Shown here: positions 25,676 through 35,704 of the stretch, piece after piece
How the letters are laid out: each line of letters opens with the position of its first letter
Position numbering within the stretch: position 1 is the stretch's first letter
NCBI GenBank assembly: GCA_041655695.1
Contig: JBBAEW010000002.1
Span: forward strand, 27,927 to 91,926
DNA: 64,000 nucleotides
DNA from: Saccharofermentanales bacterium
Lineage (GTDB): Bacteria > Bacillota > Clostridia > Saccharofermentanales > DTU023
Reading direction: 5' to 3'
Notes under the pieces: generated by a model
Told to the model about the DNA's origin: nothing
The model's database searches: none
Seen by the model: only the letters and a program-made list of their open reading frames with translations
Program-made: the position numbers and the translations under genes

Positions 25676-27490
25676 CTAATCAAAGAGAGAAAGCAGAGGA
25701 TTTATCCGGACAGGGAATGGCATCAGGGACTCCAGATCCAGGTTTTGAAAGCGGGCGGGATTCCAGAGCGCAAGACTTGTATCCCCGCCGGCCAGGGGGA
25801 TGAAGACCGCTTCCCTGAGCATCCAGTCCGAGACTTCCTTCAGGCGGCCGATCCTGTCCTTGTTGTTTTGGGAAGTCAGAAGGGTGAAGAGATGCCGGTA
25901 GCCTGCGGCCCCGTCGAACTCGATGCCAAAACTGGCCCCTGGCTCGCGCTCAAAGCGGGGAATGGCTGAAAGCCTCTGGGCCAGGCCGGCAAGGGATTCG
26001 TTGAGCCCGCTTTCGGTGTAGATCAGGTCATAGTCCGCTGTCTCGTAAGCCTCTTGCCAGGCCTCCCTGGGCAGTTCCAGCAAGGCGATCTGAAAGCCCT
26101 GGTCTTCTGCCCTCCGGGCAAAGAGCAGGCAGGCCTCCCGGATGGCCTGGGAGTGATCAGGATGCTTGAGCACCAGGGGTTGGAGGGGGCTGCCCTCATG
26201 GAGGAGAAAACCGGTTCCCCGCTCCCGCGACAGACCCGACTCAGTTATCAGGCGGCTGATGGTCTCCGGCTCCCTGGCAGGCAGGGCTGTCTCGTCCGGC
26301 TCAAGCGAAGAGAGCGTCGCGGGAATAGTCAGGGCTTCCGTCCGGTCTATATCCGGATTTCCCGGCAACAGGAGTGATCCCATACCTTCAGGGTTGGATG
26401 CCAGGCTGAGCAGCTGACGGAAAGAACGGAGCCCGGTCAGCTGACTGGCGGAAGGGTTGACACTTATGCCAGCCAGTTTCTGATGGCCGCGAAGCAGCTG
26501 GCTGGAAAGGAAGACCCCTGTATCCGTATCGGTTCCAAGATTCTGGAGCAGGGCCTCCACGGCGGCAGGGCCGGCGATCAGGTCCAGATCTCCATTGGAA
26601 AAAGCTCCCCACATGAGTTCAAGGTCCTTGTACTTGAGGAGGACCAGGTAGAGGGGCTGGCCGGGGGCCGGCCCGGCAGGGTTCGCCCATACCAGGGAGA
26701 GGGCGAATTCATCTTCATGGTAGAAAGCCCATTTTCCGCTCCCCACAAGGGGAAGCGGCCGGGCAGACAAGGCCTCCGCCGTATCAGCCGCGTAAACCAG
26801 GGGCCGCCAGACATGCTCCGGTGTAATCAGCATCCCGGCCAGGGCGTCCAGAAGAAAAGAGGCCGCATGGTCCGGAGCTTGTCTGAGCACCAGGCGGAGG
26901 GTTTGTGTATCGACCGTCTCCAGATGGCTCAGCATGCGGTTGAAGATCTGACCGGTCCCGGTCCCCAGTTTCTGGTGGGCTTCAATGGTGAAGCTGATAT
27001 CTGAAAGAGTCAGGGCCTGGCCGTCCTGCCAAAGCCTGCCTGCCGGAAGACGGATGGTCACCTGGTCCTGGTCCCAGACGACTTCCTCAGCCAGGAGCGG
27101 CTGGTAGATCATGAGGGCGGGGTCATAGAAGACCAGAGTCTGGTAGACCGGCTGGAAGAGTCCGGTCGGATCGACCGGCAGGGCAGGGACTGTATTTGCG
27201 AAGGGGTTGAGGTTGAATTGGGCAGGATCCTCCACTGCCAGAGTCAAACGTTCCTCCGGATTGCCGGGAAGCCCCCGTATGATCTGGGCCGGGTCAGCGG
27301 ACGGCCTGGTTGTCGCGGGCTCAGTCGGGCCGGCAGGATCGGTCTTGGACGTCTCCTGTGAGGGAGTCAGCCCCCGGCCGGGGCCGCAGGCAGTCAGGAA
27401 AAGAGGCAGGGCCAGGAGGATGGCCAGAAGGCGAAGACCGGCCAATCTTCTGTCCGGTCCTGTAATGGGTAGACCTCTTCCCGGCAACAT
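25676..27490 (-). CDS. Extracellular solute-binding lipoprotein (family 5, peptide/nickel type); orphan, with no adjacent permeases
   Basis: Lipobox LFLTAC. 604 aa. Size and overall pattern resemble OppA/DppA-type SBPs. Family call is moderate. Confidence 0.6.
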   Translation of the reverse strand: MLPGRGLPITGPDRRLAGLRLLAILLALPLFLTACGPGRGLTPSQETSKTDPAGPTEPATTRPSADPAQIIRGLPGNPEERLTLAVEDPAQFNLNPFANTVPALPVDPTGLFQPVYQTLVFYDPALMIYQPLLAEEVVWDQDQVTIRLPAGRLWQDGQALTLSDISFTIEAHQKLGTGTGQIFNRMLSHLETVDTQTLRLVLRQAPDHAASFLLDALAGMLITPEHVWRPLVYAADTAEALSARPLPLVGSGKWAFYHEDEFALSLVWANPAGPAPGQPLYLVLLKYKDLELMWGAFSNGDLDLIAGPAAVEALLQNLGTDTDTGVFLSSQLLRGHQKLAGISVNPSASQLTGLRSFRQLLSLASNPEGMGSLLLPGNPDIDRTEALTIPATLSSLEPDETALPAREPETISRLITESGLSRERGTGFLLHEGSPLQPLVLKHPDHSQAIREACLLFARRAEDQGFQIALLELPREAWQEAYETADYDLIYTESGLNESLAGLAQRLSAIPRFEREPGASFGIEFDGAAGYRHLFTLLTSQNNKDRIGRLKEVSDWMLREAVFIPLAGGDTSLALWNPARFQNLDLESLMPFPVRINPLLSLFD

Positions 27491-27554
27491 CAGACGCTCA
27501 CCTCCCCAGGGGCTGCAAGTGGACTTGTTCCTGCAATTATTCTAACATGAGGCA

Positions 27555-28268
27555 ATGAGAGACTTTTCCAGAGAAAGAGGCCGTTTTCTGCGCGCCATTC
27601 CCGGCTTGATCGGCCGTTTTTTTACCCTGATCCTGGGGATTTTTCTGGCGGTCTCCCTGAGCATTCTTTTCATCTTCACCTGGATCAGCCTGTCAGGAAA
27701 CGCCCGCATCAAGACTCTGGACAAGCTGCCTGCCAAAGTGGACTGCATCATCGTCCCCGGCGCCCAGGTCATCGGCAACCGCAGGCCCTCGCCCATGCTC
27801 CAGGATCGTCTGGATGGCGCCATCCAACTCTACCGGGCCGGTCTGTCCGAGAGGATTCTGGTATCGGGAGATCACCGGGAGGACAATTACAACGAACCCC
27901 GGGTCATGCGCGATTACCTGATCCAGGAAGGGATTCCGGAAGAAGCCATCTTCATGGACCATTTCGGCCTTGACACTTACGACACCATCTACCGGGCCCG
28001 GGAGGTCTTCCAGATCAGGACGGCCATCGTCGCGACCCAGCGTTTCCACCTGCAGCGGGCCCTTTACATTTCCAAAAAAACGGGCCTTGAAGCCTCCGGT
28101 TACGCGACCGACCCCAGGGTATACCTGGATCATACCTATTTGCTGATCCGTGAGTTCGGCGCCCGAATCAAGGCAGTCTACGAGACACGGACAGGCGCCC
28201 TGCCTCTCCATTCCAGCCCCGTTCGCCCTATCCAGGGTGACGGCCGTACGTCATGGGATTCCTTCTGA
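27555..28268 (+). CDS. SanA/YdcF family (DUF218) membrane-anchored protein
   Basis: N-terminal TM, then IIVPGAQV...PSPMLQDRLD.A..LY.AG....ILVSGD typical of SanA. Confidence 0.75.
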   Translation: MRDFSRERGRFLRAIPGLIGRFFTLILGIFLAVSLSILFIFTWISLSGNARIKTLDKLPAKVDCIIVPGAQVIGNRRPSPMLQDRLDGAIQLYRAGLSERILVSGDHREDNYNEPRVMRDYLIQEGIPEEAIFMDHFGLDTYDTIYRAREVFQIRTAIVATQRFHLQRALYISKKTGLEASGYATDPRVYLDHTYLLIREFGARIKAVYETRTGALPLHSSPVRPIQGDGRTSWDSF

Positions 28269-28274
28269 GAATTT

Positions 28275-29330
28275 TCAGGAGCGGGGATTTTTCGCCACAC
28301 GGATGGCCCGGACATTGGTTGCCAGGACGTTGATAGCCGTGTATTGCTCCACTCCGCTGCTGACGGCCGCCTGGACCTCTGCCAGGACCTGCTGGGCACT
28401 GGAACCGTAATAGATGGAAAGATCCAGATCCAGGATAATGCCGTAGGGTTCCTTGTGGACCTTCTGATTGACCACCTCTTCCACACCGTTGACTTTGACT
28501 GCCAGCATGGCCACCAGATCTTTCATGGCCTGATCCGACATGGCATAGCTGCCCAGGGTGGAAAAGGTGGGCCGGACAACCGTCCGGTCCTGGTCCGCCA
28601 AAACATGGCTGCCCGGCTGGCCGAAGACTCCGAAATCGAAACGCTGCCAGAGCTTTGCCAGGGGTTCCGCCAGATAACCCGAGAACTCGTGCTTGATCTC
28701 CATGCTGGGGACCGGGATGGTATGTTTCCCTTCACTCAGCCGTGTTTGCCGGGCCAGATTGCGTTCCTGCTCCGTTGAGACATCTTCGATACGGATTTTA
28801 ATGGAGGGGGGATTGAGCCAGAGGTTCTCGCAGATACGCAGAAGCATGGCGTCGGAAGTCCCCAGGATCATGAGGGCGCTGGGCCGGTGTTCCGCCAGGG
28901 CCCGCCTCATATTCTCAGCCCGGACCGGGTCCAGGAACATGGCCTGACGGACCGAGTCCATCTTGGTCTCCGCCCTTTTGGCGGAGGATCCGGTAATGAT
29001 GGCGCTGCCGTGAATCAGCAGGCCGTCATCAATGATGTATTCAATTTTGTAGTCGCGGGCTACCCGGATGGCCCGGGTTGATTTGCCGCTCCCGCTGGAT
29101 CCGATAAAGGAGACAACCGCAATCTGCGACAGAAGCTCGCGGATTTCTTTCTGTGTCTGTTCTTCAAAGGCATCAGCCCGTTCGTTCATCTGGGCGATAA
29201 CAGCGTCCGCCAGCCTGCCGAATTGGTTGCGGAGGGTGTCGGATTGAGGGCGCCCGGGGATACCGCCGTAGTCCCGTGTATCCAGCGGCGCCGGAAGATT
29301 TTTCTTTCTTCTAAACCATCCGTTTGCCAT
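28275..29330 (-). CDS. P-loop NTPase fused to a C-terminal Asp23/Gls24-like domain
   Basis: Walker A GSSGSGKST and Walker-B-like ALMILGTSD. The C-terminal 110 aa (GSYAMSDQAMKDLV...VEQYTAINVLATNVRAIRV) resemble alkaline-shock Asp23 proteins. Confidence 0.6.
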   Translation of the reverse strand: MANGWFRRKKNLPAPLDTRDYGGIPGRPQSDTLRNQFGRLADAVIAQMNERADAFEEQTQKEIRELLSQIAVVSFIGSSGSGKSTRAIRVARDYKIEYIIDDGLLIHGSAIITGSSAKRAETKMDSVRQAMFLDPVRAENMRRALAEHRPSALMILGTSDAMLLRICENLWLNPPSIKIRIEDVSTEQERNLARQTRLSEGKHTIPVPSMEIKHEFSGYLAEPLAKLWQRFDFGVFGQPGSHVLADQDRTVVRPTFSTLGSYAMSDQAMKDLVAMLAVKVNGVEEVVNQKVHKEPYGIILDLDLSIYYGSSAQQVLAEVQAAVSSGVEQYTAINVLATNVRAIRVAKNPRS

Positions 29331-29338
29331 GATCCCTG

Positions 29339-30070
29339 TCAGTCATCCTGATCCCAGTTGTGGAAGACATCCTGGACATCGTCATTGTCTTCCAGGCGTT
29401 CTATCAGCTTCTCCATCCCTTCCGCTTCCTCCTCCGAAGTCAGCGTCACTGAATTCAGTGGAAGGGGACCCAGGTTCTGGTCGAAGAGGGAGTACTTGGA
29501 GGACAGCCGGTCCAGGACTTCATGGTAGCTGTCCGGCCCTGTCCGAATTTCAATCAGCTGGTCATCATCCAGGTCGACATCCTGGGCTCCTGCTTCAATG
29601 GCATCAAGGAAAAGCTCTTCTTCATCCAGTTCTTCCGTCCGCTCGATCAGGATCTGACCCTTGCGTTCAAACTGAAAGGCAACGCAGCCGTCCGTCCCCA
29701 GGTTGCCTCCAAATTTGCTGAAGAGATGACGCACCTCCCCTGCCGTCCGGTTGCGGTTATCCGTCAGGGCGCGCACCATGACTGCAACACCTCCGGGTCC
29801 ATAGCCTTCATAGTAAATCTCTTCCAGGGCGGCGCCGCCAGGATCCCCGGCTGCCCGCTCGATGGACCGCTTGATATTGTCGTTGGGCATGTTATAGGAT
29901 TTGGCCTTTGCGATCACGTCGCGCAGGAGGGTGTTGGAAACCGGATCAGCGCCTCCTGATCTTACAGCGACCTGTATCTCGCGCCCCAGCTTGGAAAAGA
30001 CCTTCCCCCTCTGGTCATCGACGGCTTCTTTCCGCCGCTTGATATTGCTCCACTTTGAATGCCCTGCCAT
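29339..30070 (-). CDS. yebC: YebC/PmpR family DNA-binding regulator
   Basis: MAGHSKWSNIKRRK...; ATG at 30070 with GGAGG 6 nt upstream. Confidence 0.9.
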   Translation of the reverse strand: MAGHSKWSNIKRRKEAVDDQRGKVFSKLGREIQVAVRSGGADPVSNTLLRDVIAKAKSYNMPNDNIKRSIERAAGDPGGAALEEIYYEGYGPGGVAVMVRALTDNRNRTAGEVRHLFSKFGGNLGTDGCVAFQFERKGQILIERTEELDEEELFLDAIEAGAQDVDLDDDQLIEIRTGPDSYHEVLDRLSSKYSLFDQNLGPLPLNSVTLTSEEEAEGMEKLIERLEDNDDVQDVFHNWDQDD

Positions 30071-30160
30071 GGCCAACCTCCGGATACTTTAACATGAGGC
30101 CGGACCTGCCGGCCGAACTTTTATGATTCTATTATACATGGGGGGAGAGCCGGGAACTGT

Positions 30161-30793
30161 TCAGGGGCCCTGCTCAATCCAGCGCAGGCCGCTGGCCGCA
30201 AGCACGGCCCTGCCCGCTGAAGAGCTCATAACCAGCTGGCGGAGCTCCTCGATCCGGTCCGCAGTTGCCCCGACCACTTGCTTGACGCCGACACCGAATT
30301 CAGGGGGCTCCTGGAAAAAACCGGCGGCCGCAAGGCGGCCTTCCAGCTGATGAAAATCCGCGTAGTCCGCTTGCAGAAGGAAGGTTTCGCAGCGGATGAA
30401 GGTAACCGGCCCGGCATCCTCCAGCGCTTCCCTGGCGGCCAGGGCGTAGGCCCTTGACAGGCCGCCCGTCCCCAGGAGGATACCCCCGAAGTAGCGGACG
30501 ACGACCAGTGCCGCCCGGTCTATGGACCGGCCCAGGAGAACCTCCAGCAACTGGCGGCCTCCCGTGCCCCGGGGTTCACCGTCGTCTGAAAAACGCTGCA
30601 GAAAAGAGGGTTGATTGGTCCGCCAGGCATATACATAATGGCGGGCTTCCGGATAAAGGACTCTGGCCTCATCCAGGAGGGCCTGGGCATCCTCTTCCGT
30701 CAGGATGGGACGGCAAAGTCCGATAAAGCGCGAACCGCGCTCTGTATGCTCGAAGGTCCCCTGACGGCGGACTGTCTGAAAGGACTCAATCAT
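30161..30793 (-). CDS. yigZ: YigZ / IMPACT family protein (UPF0029)
   Basis: ERGSRFIG...HYVYAW...FSDDGEP.GTGG...VVVRYFGGILLGTGGL. ATG at 30793 overlaps the serS stop (ATGATTGA). Confidence 0.8.
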   Translation of the reverse strand: MIESFQTVRRQGTFEHTERGSRFIGLCRPILTEEDAQALLDEARVLYPEARHYVYAWRTNQPSFLQRFSDDGEPRGTGGRQLLEVLLGRSIDRAALVVVRYFGGILLGTGGLSRAYALAAREALEDAGPVTFIRCETFLLQADYADFHQLEGRLAAAGFFQEPPEFGVGVKQVVGATADRIEELRQLVMSSSAGRAVLAASGLRWIEQGP

Positions 30794-32081
30794 TGCCCGG
30801 CTTGACCGGGTGGATGATCTCGATGCCGTACATCCAGGGAGCCAGAACTTCCGGCACCCGGATGGAACCGTCAGGAAGCTGGCATTGTTCAACGATGGCG
30901 GGAATGATCCGTGAGGTGGCAAGGCCGGAGCCGTTCAGGGTATGGCAGAATTCGGTCTTGCCCGTCTCCGCCTGCCGATAGCGGATGTTGCCCCGCCTGG
31001 CCTGGTAGTCCCCGGCATTGGAGACCGAGCTGACCTCTTTGTAAATCTGCATGCTGGGAATCCAGATCTCAATATCGAAGGTCTTGCGCATGCCCGCCGA
31101 ACAGTCACCGGCCGCAAGCCGGCTGACCCGGTGCACCAGGCCCAGCCCCTCCACAAGGGCCGATGCCTTGGCAACCAGTTCATCGAAGGCCTGGTCGGAG
31201 TCTTCCGGCCGGGTGTACTGAAACATCTCCACCTTGTTGAATTGATGGCCGCGAATCATGCCGCGCTCATCGGCCCGGTAGGATCCGGCCTCACGCCGGT
31301 AGCAAGGGGTGAAAGCGAAGTACTTCCTGGGGAGCTCCTCTTCCTTGAGAATCTCCTGGGCATGGACATTGGTCAGGGCTGTCTCCGCTGTCGGCAGGAT
31401 GAACTGGAAACGGTCACTGTCTCCCTTGAGCTGGAAGACATCGTCCTCGAATTTGGGGAACTGGCCGCCCACATACCCGCATTCATAGTTAAGAATATGC
31501 GGTGTCAGCATCATCTCGTAGCCATCCTTGATGTGCTGGCTGATGAAATAATTGAGCAGGGCCCACTCCATGACGGCGCCCGGGCCCCGGTAGATCCAAA
31601 AGCCGCTTCCGGAGAGCTTGGCTCCCCGCTCGTAGTCAATCATTCCGCAGGATTCAACCAGGTCGACATGGTTCCTGGTGTCCGCGCCTACGGCCGGAGG
31701 CTGCCCCCAGACGCTTACCACTTCATTATTTTCCTTGCCGCCCGCGGGGATATCGTCGGCCGGAATATTGGGAAGTGAGGCCAGAAAGGCCTGTTGGTCT
31801 TCTTGCATGGCCTTGATCTTCAGGTCATTTTCACGGATCTGCTCGCCCATTTGGCGCAGGCTCTCCGTCAGCTGGGACACATCCCCTTTTTCCTTCCTGA
31901 TCTCTGGGATCCGGGCAGACTGCTGATTGCGCTCGGCCTTGAGCTGCTCCGTTTCATGCATGAGCGCCCGGCGGACTGAATCCGCCTCAAGAAAATCGGA
32001 AAAATCGACCATGAAGCCTCTGCGAGCCAGTTTTTCAGCCACTTCTTGGGGCTTGTTGCGGATGTAGACAAGATCAAGCAT
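30786..32081 (-). CDS. serS: Serine--tRNA ligase
   Basis: MLDLVYIRNKPQEV, coiled-coil N-terminal arm, class II motifs (FRREAGS-like CYRREAGSY, GSGLATSR). Confidence 0.95.
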   Translation of the reverse strand: MLDLVYIRNKPQEVAEKLARRGFMVDFSDFLEADSVRRALMHETEQLKAERNQQSARIPEIRKEKGDVSQLTESLRQMGEQIRENDLKIKAMQEDQQAFLASLPNIPADDIPAGGKENNEVVSVWGQPPAVGADTRNHVDLVESCGMIDYERGAKLSGSGFWIYRGPGAVMEWALLNYFISQHIKDGYEMMLTPHILNYECGYVGGQFPKFEDDVFQLKGDSDRFQFILPTAETALTNVHAQEILKEEELPRKYFAFTPCYRREAGSYRADERGMIRGHQFNKVEMFQYTRPEDSDQAFDELVAKASALVEGLGLVHRVSRLAAGDCSAGMRKTFDIEIWIPSMQIYKEVSSVSNAGDYQARRGNIRYRQAETGKTEFCHTLNGSGLATSRIIPAIVEQCQLPDGSIRVPEVLAPWMYGIEIIHPVKPGND

Positions 32082-32161
32082 AAGTTCCTCCCGGCAGGCA
32101 AGCTGCCGGTCTATTCTATCACAGGCAGCCCCTTGCGGCTTGGGAAGAGCTGGCCTGCCCC

Positions 32162-32809
32162 TTAGTGGCCCATAGCTTCCAGGGCGCTGCCGATGTGGTG
32201 ATCCATGACGGCCCGGGACATGGCGCCGGGTACGTAGCCGATAATGTAGCCTTCATGATCGATCAGGTAGGTGGTCGGGAGGCCGCTGATCCAGTACTTC
32301 TGGAAGACCTCGCCTGTCGGGTCCATAAGAACCGGGAAAGTGATCCCGTTCTCCAAAAGAAATTCCTTGATCCCCTCGGTATCCTTCTCTCTCTGGCTGC
32401 CGCCTGAACCGCTTTCATCGGGATTGGCAATACCGATGACAATCAGGTCGCCCCGGTTGAGGTTATGGTCCCGGTAAAGGCTTTCGATATCAGGAAGTTC
32501 TGCCCTGCAGGGCGGACACCAGGTGGCCCAGAAGTTAATGAAAATGACCTTGCCCAGATAGTCTTCAGGGCTGTGGCTGACCCCGTACTGATCTGTCAGG
32601 GAGAAGTCGTAGGCCTTGACCCGTTCATCCTGACTGGGCTTGGGATCCTGGCTGCCGCTGGCAGTCGGCGGATCCGTGGCCGGGGGCTGGGGATCTTTTT
32701 TGGTGCCGCAGGAGGCCAGGAGCAGGGAGGCCAGAAGCAGGGTGACAAGCAGGATGAGCCCTGCCTTCCTGAGGCTTGTTTTGTCTTTTTCTTTTATCTT
32801 CTGAATCAT
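32162..32809 (-). CDS. TlpA/ResA-like thiol-disulfide oxidoreductase lipoprotein
   Basis: Lipobox LLASC and thioredoxin motif FWATWCPPCRAE. Confidence 0.8.
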   Translation of the reverse strand: MIQKIKEKDKTSLRKAGLILLVTLLLASLLLASCGTKKDPQPPATDPPTASGSQDPKPSQDERVKAYDFSLTDQYGVSHSPEDYLGKVIFINFWATWCPPCRAELPDIESLYRDHNLNRGDLIVIGIANPDESGSGGSQREKDTEGIKEFLLENGITFPVLMDPTGEVFQKYWISGLPTTYLIDHEGYIIGYVPGAMSRAVMDHHIGSALEAMGH

Positions 32810-32827
32810 GGTTTAATCCTCACTCTG

Positions 32828-33541
32828 CTAGCCGCCGTAGAGCCCTGCGATCATGAGAATCCCGATGACAATCATGAGCAGGCCGCCGACCATGACGGTG
32901 TATTTCATAATTTTACTGTGGCGCTTGAAAAATTCCAGCGCCCGGGTGGTGAAGAGGCCGACGATCAGGAAGGGAATGGTAAAGCCCAAAACATAAACGC
33001 CGACCAGGAGGAAACCCAGGCTGCGCTGGGATGCGCTGGCCGCCATGAGGAGAACGCTCGACATGGCCGGCCCTATGCAGGGTGTCCAGGCAAAACTGAA
33101 GGTGAAGCCCATGAGAAAGGCAATCAGGGGATTCATGGTGAAGCGGTCCAGCTTGAAGGGCAGGCGGCGCTCCTGGGCCAGAAAAAAGGAAGATCCGAAG
33201 GCGCCAAGCTGGTAAAGGCCGAAGAGAATGACCAGGATTCCCCCGCCGATGACGAAGGTCCGCCGGTGTTGCTGGAAAAAGCCGCCGGCCGCCGTGAAGC
33301 CCAGGGCCAGGATAAAGAAGGTAGAGGCGATGCCGAAGACAAAAAAGAGGGTATTGAGAAAAACGCGTTTGCGGGGGTACTGAATCTGCCCCTGATCATC
33401 AACCGAATAGGTCCCCCCCGCCAGGTAGCCGATGTACATGGGAAGCAGGGGCAGGACGCAGGGTGACAGGAAACTGACAAGACCCTGCAGGAAGACGGTC
33501 AGGACGGGAATCGAATTTTGAATTTCCAGAACGGGCGGCAT
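32828..33541 (-). CDS. ccdA: Cytochrome c biogenesis / disulfide-reductant transfer protein CcdA (DsbD core)
   Basis: Six-TM protein with the two conserved Cys helices (LSPCVLPLLP and WTPCIGP). Confidence 0.85.
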   Translation of the reverse strand: MPPVLEIQNSIPVLTVFLQGLVSFLSPCVLPLLPMYIGYLAGGTYSVDDQGQIQYPRKRVFLNTLFFVFGIASTFFILALGFTAAGGFFQQHRRTFVIGGGILVILFGLYQLGAFGSSFFLAQERRLPFKLDRFTMNPLIAFLMGFTFSFAWTPCIGPAMSSVLLMAASASQRSLGFLLVGVYVLGFTIPFLIVGLFTTRALEFFKRHSKIMKYTVMVGGLLMIVIGILMIAGLYGG

Positions 33542-33640
33542 AGGCTTTCCTCGGTCAGATTCTCGGGCGGCTTTCCGGCAGGCGGATGGCTAGGCATCAT
33601 TCTAGCAAGCGGACCGCCGGGGCCTGTTACAAACGAAACA

Positions 33641-34525
33641 TTATTCCTCAATGGGCAAAAAGCCCTGGCCGTAGACCTCGTCATATGAGGAGATGATCAG
33701 GAGGGCATCCGGATCAATATCGCGTACGATTTTGCGGACTTCAGAAACCTGTGAGCGGCTGCAGGCGCAGAGGACTACCGGCCGGTCCTCTTTGGAATAG
33801 GCCCCCTGGGCCCGCAAAAGAGTGGCCCCCCGCTCCAGCTCACGGCCGATCCGTTTGGCGATGGCCTCGCTCTCTTCGGAGATGATCATGGCCAGTTTGC
33901 CTGAAATAAAGCCGAACATGATCTTGTCGATGACCAGGACCAGGATGGCGTTGTAGACGAAACCATAAAGGACGGCATCGATCTGGTGGAAGATCAGGCC
34001 GCCGGTCAAAATAATCAGCCCGTCAACCACAAGCGAAATCTGACCGAAGGATAGGTGAGGCTTTTTCTTGCGCAGCGACATGATGATCAGATCGGAGCCG
34101 CCGGTGCTGCTCTTGTTCTGATAGATAAGAGCCAGTCCGGTCCCCGCCAGGGCACCGGCGAAAATGGCTGCCAGCAGGTGATTCCCCTGGTAGACGGGCA
34201 GAAGAGGGCAGATGACATCCAAAAACAGAGTGCTGATCAGCAGGGTCCGGAAAGAACGGAGAAGAAAGCGCCGGCCCAGGATATTGAAGGCAAGCAGGAT
34301 AAGAGGCAGGTTGAAAAGCAGGGCCAGGACCCCGATGGGCAGGCCTGTGTAATGGTTGGCAATAATGGCAAGGCCCGTGACGCCGCCGGGTGCGAATTCC
34401 GCCTGGGCGGCAAAATTGTAAACGCCGGCCGCAAAGAAGAAGGAACCCGCCAGATCAAAAAGCAGGGACTGTCCCAGGTCCCTGATTTTCTGCCGGGAAA
34501 AGGAGAATGCCGACCGACCCGCCAT
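33641..34525 (-). CDS. YitT family membrane protein (DUF2179 C-terminal domain)
   Basis: Multi-TM N-terminus with GG(V/S)TG repeats and a soluble C-terminal about 80 aa. Confidence 0.7.
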   Translation of the reverse strand: MAGRSAFSFSRQKIRDLGQSLLFDLAGSFFFAAGVYNFAAQAEFAPGGVTGLAIIANHYTGLPIGVLALLFNLPLILLAFNILGRRFLLRSFRTLLISTLFLDVICPLLPVYQGNHLLAAIFAGALAGTGLALIYQNKSSTGGSDLIIMSLRKKKPHLSFGQISLVVDGLIILTGGLIFHQIDAVLYGFVYNAILVLVIDKIMFGFISGKLAMIISEESEAIAKRIGRELERGATLLRAQGAYSKEDRPVVLCACSRSQVSEVRKIVRDIDPDALLIISSYDEVYGQGFLPIEE

Positions 34526-34546
34526 GGCCCTGGACCCCGGACCTGT

Positions 34547-35623
34547 CTAGTTCTGTATGAAAGAAACCAGGCGCTTGTGTGTCTTGACCATATCGAACCA
34601 CCAGACTTCCTGACCGTTGACGTAATAGTAGCGGGTCTCCCCCGAAGCGGGCAGCTGCAGCTGGCGTCTCTGGTAGGTCAAAAGGGAAGGCGCCTTGTTG
34701 ATGTAGCTGTTAAGGTCCAGATTGGTGTAGGTATTAGCCAGGATAACGGTCGCTGCCTTGTAGATGGCGCCGCCCCCCTGAGCGGACAGCTCATTGAGAA
34801 TTGAGTTGATGACATTCCGCTGGCGCTGGTTGCGCTGGAAGTCACTGTCAATCTTGCGGATCCTGGCGTAATACAGGGCCTGCTTGCCGTTGAGCCTGTT
34901 GGTGCCGGATGACAGATTCATCAGTTCCGCTTCTCTGCCGGTCAGATTGATGCTGACACCTCCCAAAGCGTCCACAATCCGTATGAAGGAATTGAAGTTG
35001 ATGGCCACGAAGCCTGTAATGGGAATGCCGAAATTGTATTCGACCGCCCGGATGGCAAGACCGGGACCTCCGTACGAATAAGCGGCGTTCAGAGCGCCCC
35101 AGGGATTGTTGCGGGCGCCGATCCTGACATACATGGCCCGCATGAGGGAGATGATATTGATGGTTCGGGTGTTGTGATTGATGGAGATGATCATGGTCAC
35201 ATCCGACCGCCCCCGATAATCGTTGGTGCGTGAATCGACTCCGAAGAGGAGAATGTTCTCAACCCCCGGCATCCTGGCCATCTCAATGGTCCCGCTTTGC
35301 TGGAGTTCCGGCCGCACGGCGGGTTCTGTATCCGGGTCATCATGGTCGTCAGGATCCTCCTTGTCGGGGTTCAGAGGATCTTCCCCGTCGATGAAGAGGT
35401 CATAGTCCATGAGGTTGGCAATCTGATAAAACTCATCCGGGTCATCCGAGACATAGTTGACGCGGGACATGAGGTCGGCGTATATCAGGTAGACGCCTGA
35501 AAAAATAGAAATCAAAAGGCCCGCCAGGACCCCCAGGACCAGAAAACGGACCGGAAAAAGCTTTCCGAAGACGGACCGCGGCTTGCCCGCAGCCTTTCTT
35601 CCATTCCTTTCAACCACGCTCAC
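34547..35623 (-). CDS. LCP (LytR-CpsA-Psr) family cell-envelope phosphotransferase
   Basis: N-terminal TM, then NILLFGVDSR...RSDVTMIISIN and FQRNQRQRNV motifs. Confidence 0.8.
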   Translation of the reverse strand: MSVVERNGRKAAGKPRSVFGKLFPVRFLVLGVLAGLLISIFSGVYLIYADLMSRVNYVSDDPDEFYQIANLMDYDLFIDGEDPLNPDKEDPDDHDDPDTEPAVRPELQQSGTIEMARMPGVENILLFGVDSRTNDYRGRSDVTMIISINHNTRTINIISLMRAMYVRIGARNNPWGALNAAYSYGGPGLAIRAVEYNFGIPITGFVAINFNSFIRIVDALGGVSINLTGREAELMNLSSGTNRLNGKQALYYARIRKIDSDFQRNQRQRNVINSILNELSAQGGGAIYKAATVILANTYTNLDLNSYINKAPSLLTYQRRQLQLPASGETRYYYVNGQEVWWFDMVKTHKRLVSFIQN

Positions 35624-35704
35624 TTACCTGCCTTGGTCAGGGAATACCCATGCTGACATGGGCATTCCCCAGTGTTAAGAGATGAAACTCCCTTTGACAA
35701 TCCT

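Noticed and set aside
32082-32161. Expected a T-box leader upstream of serS.
   Set aside because: Only about 80 nt separate serS from the upstream gene, which is too short for a T-box. No conserved T-box sequence is present.
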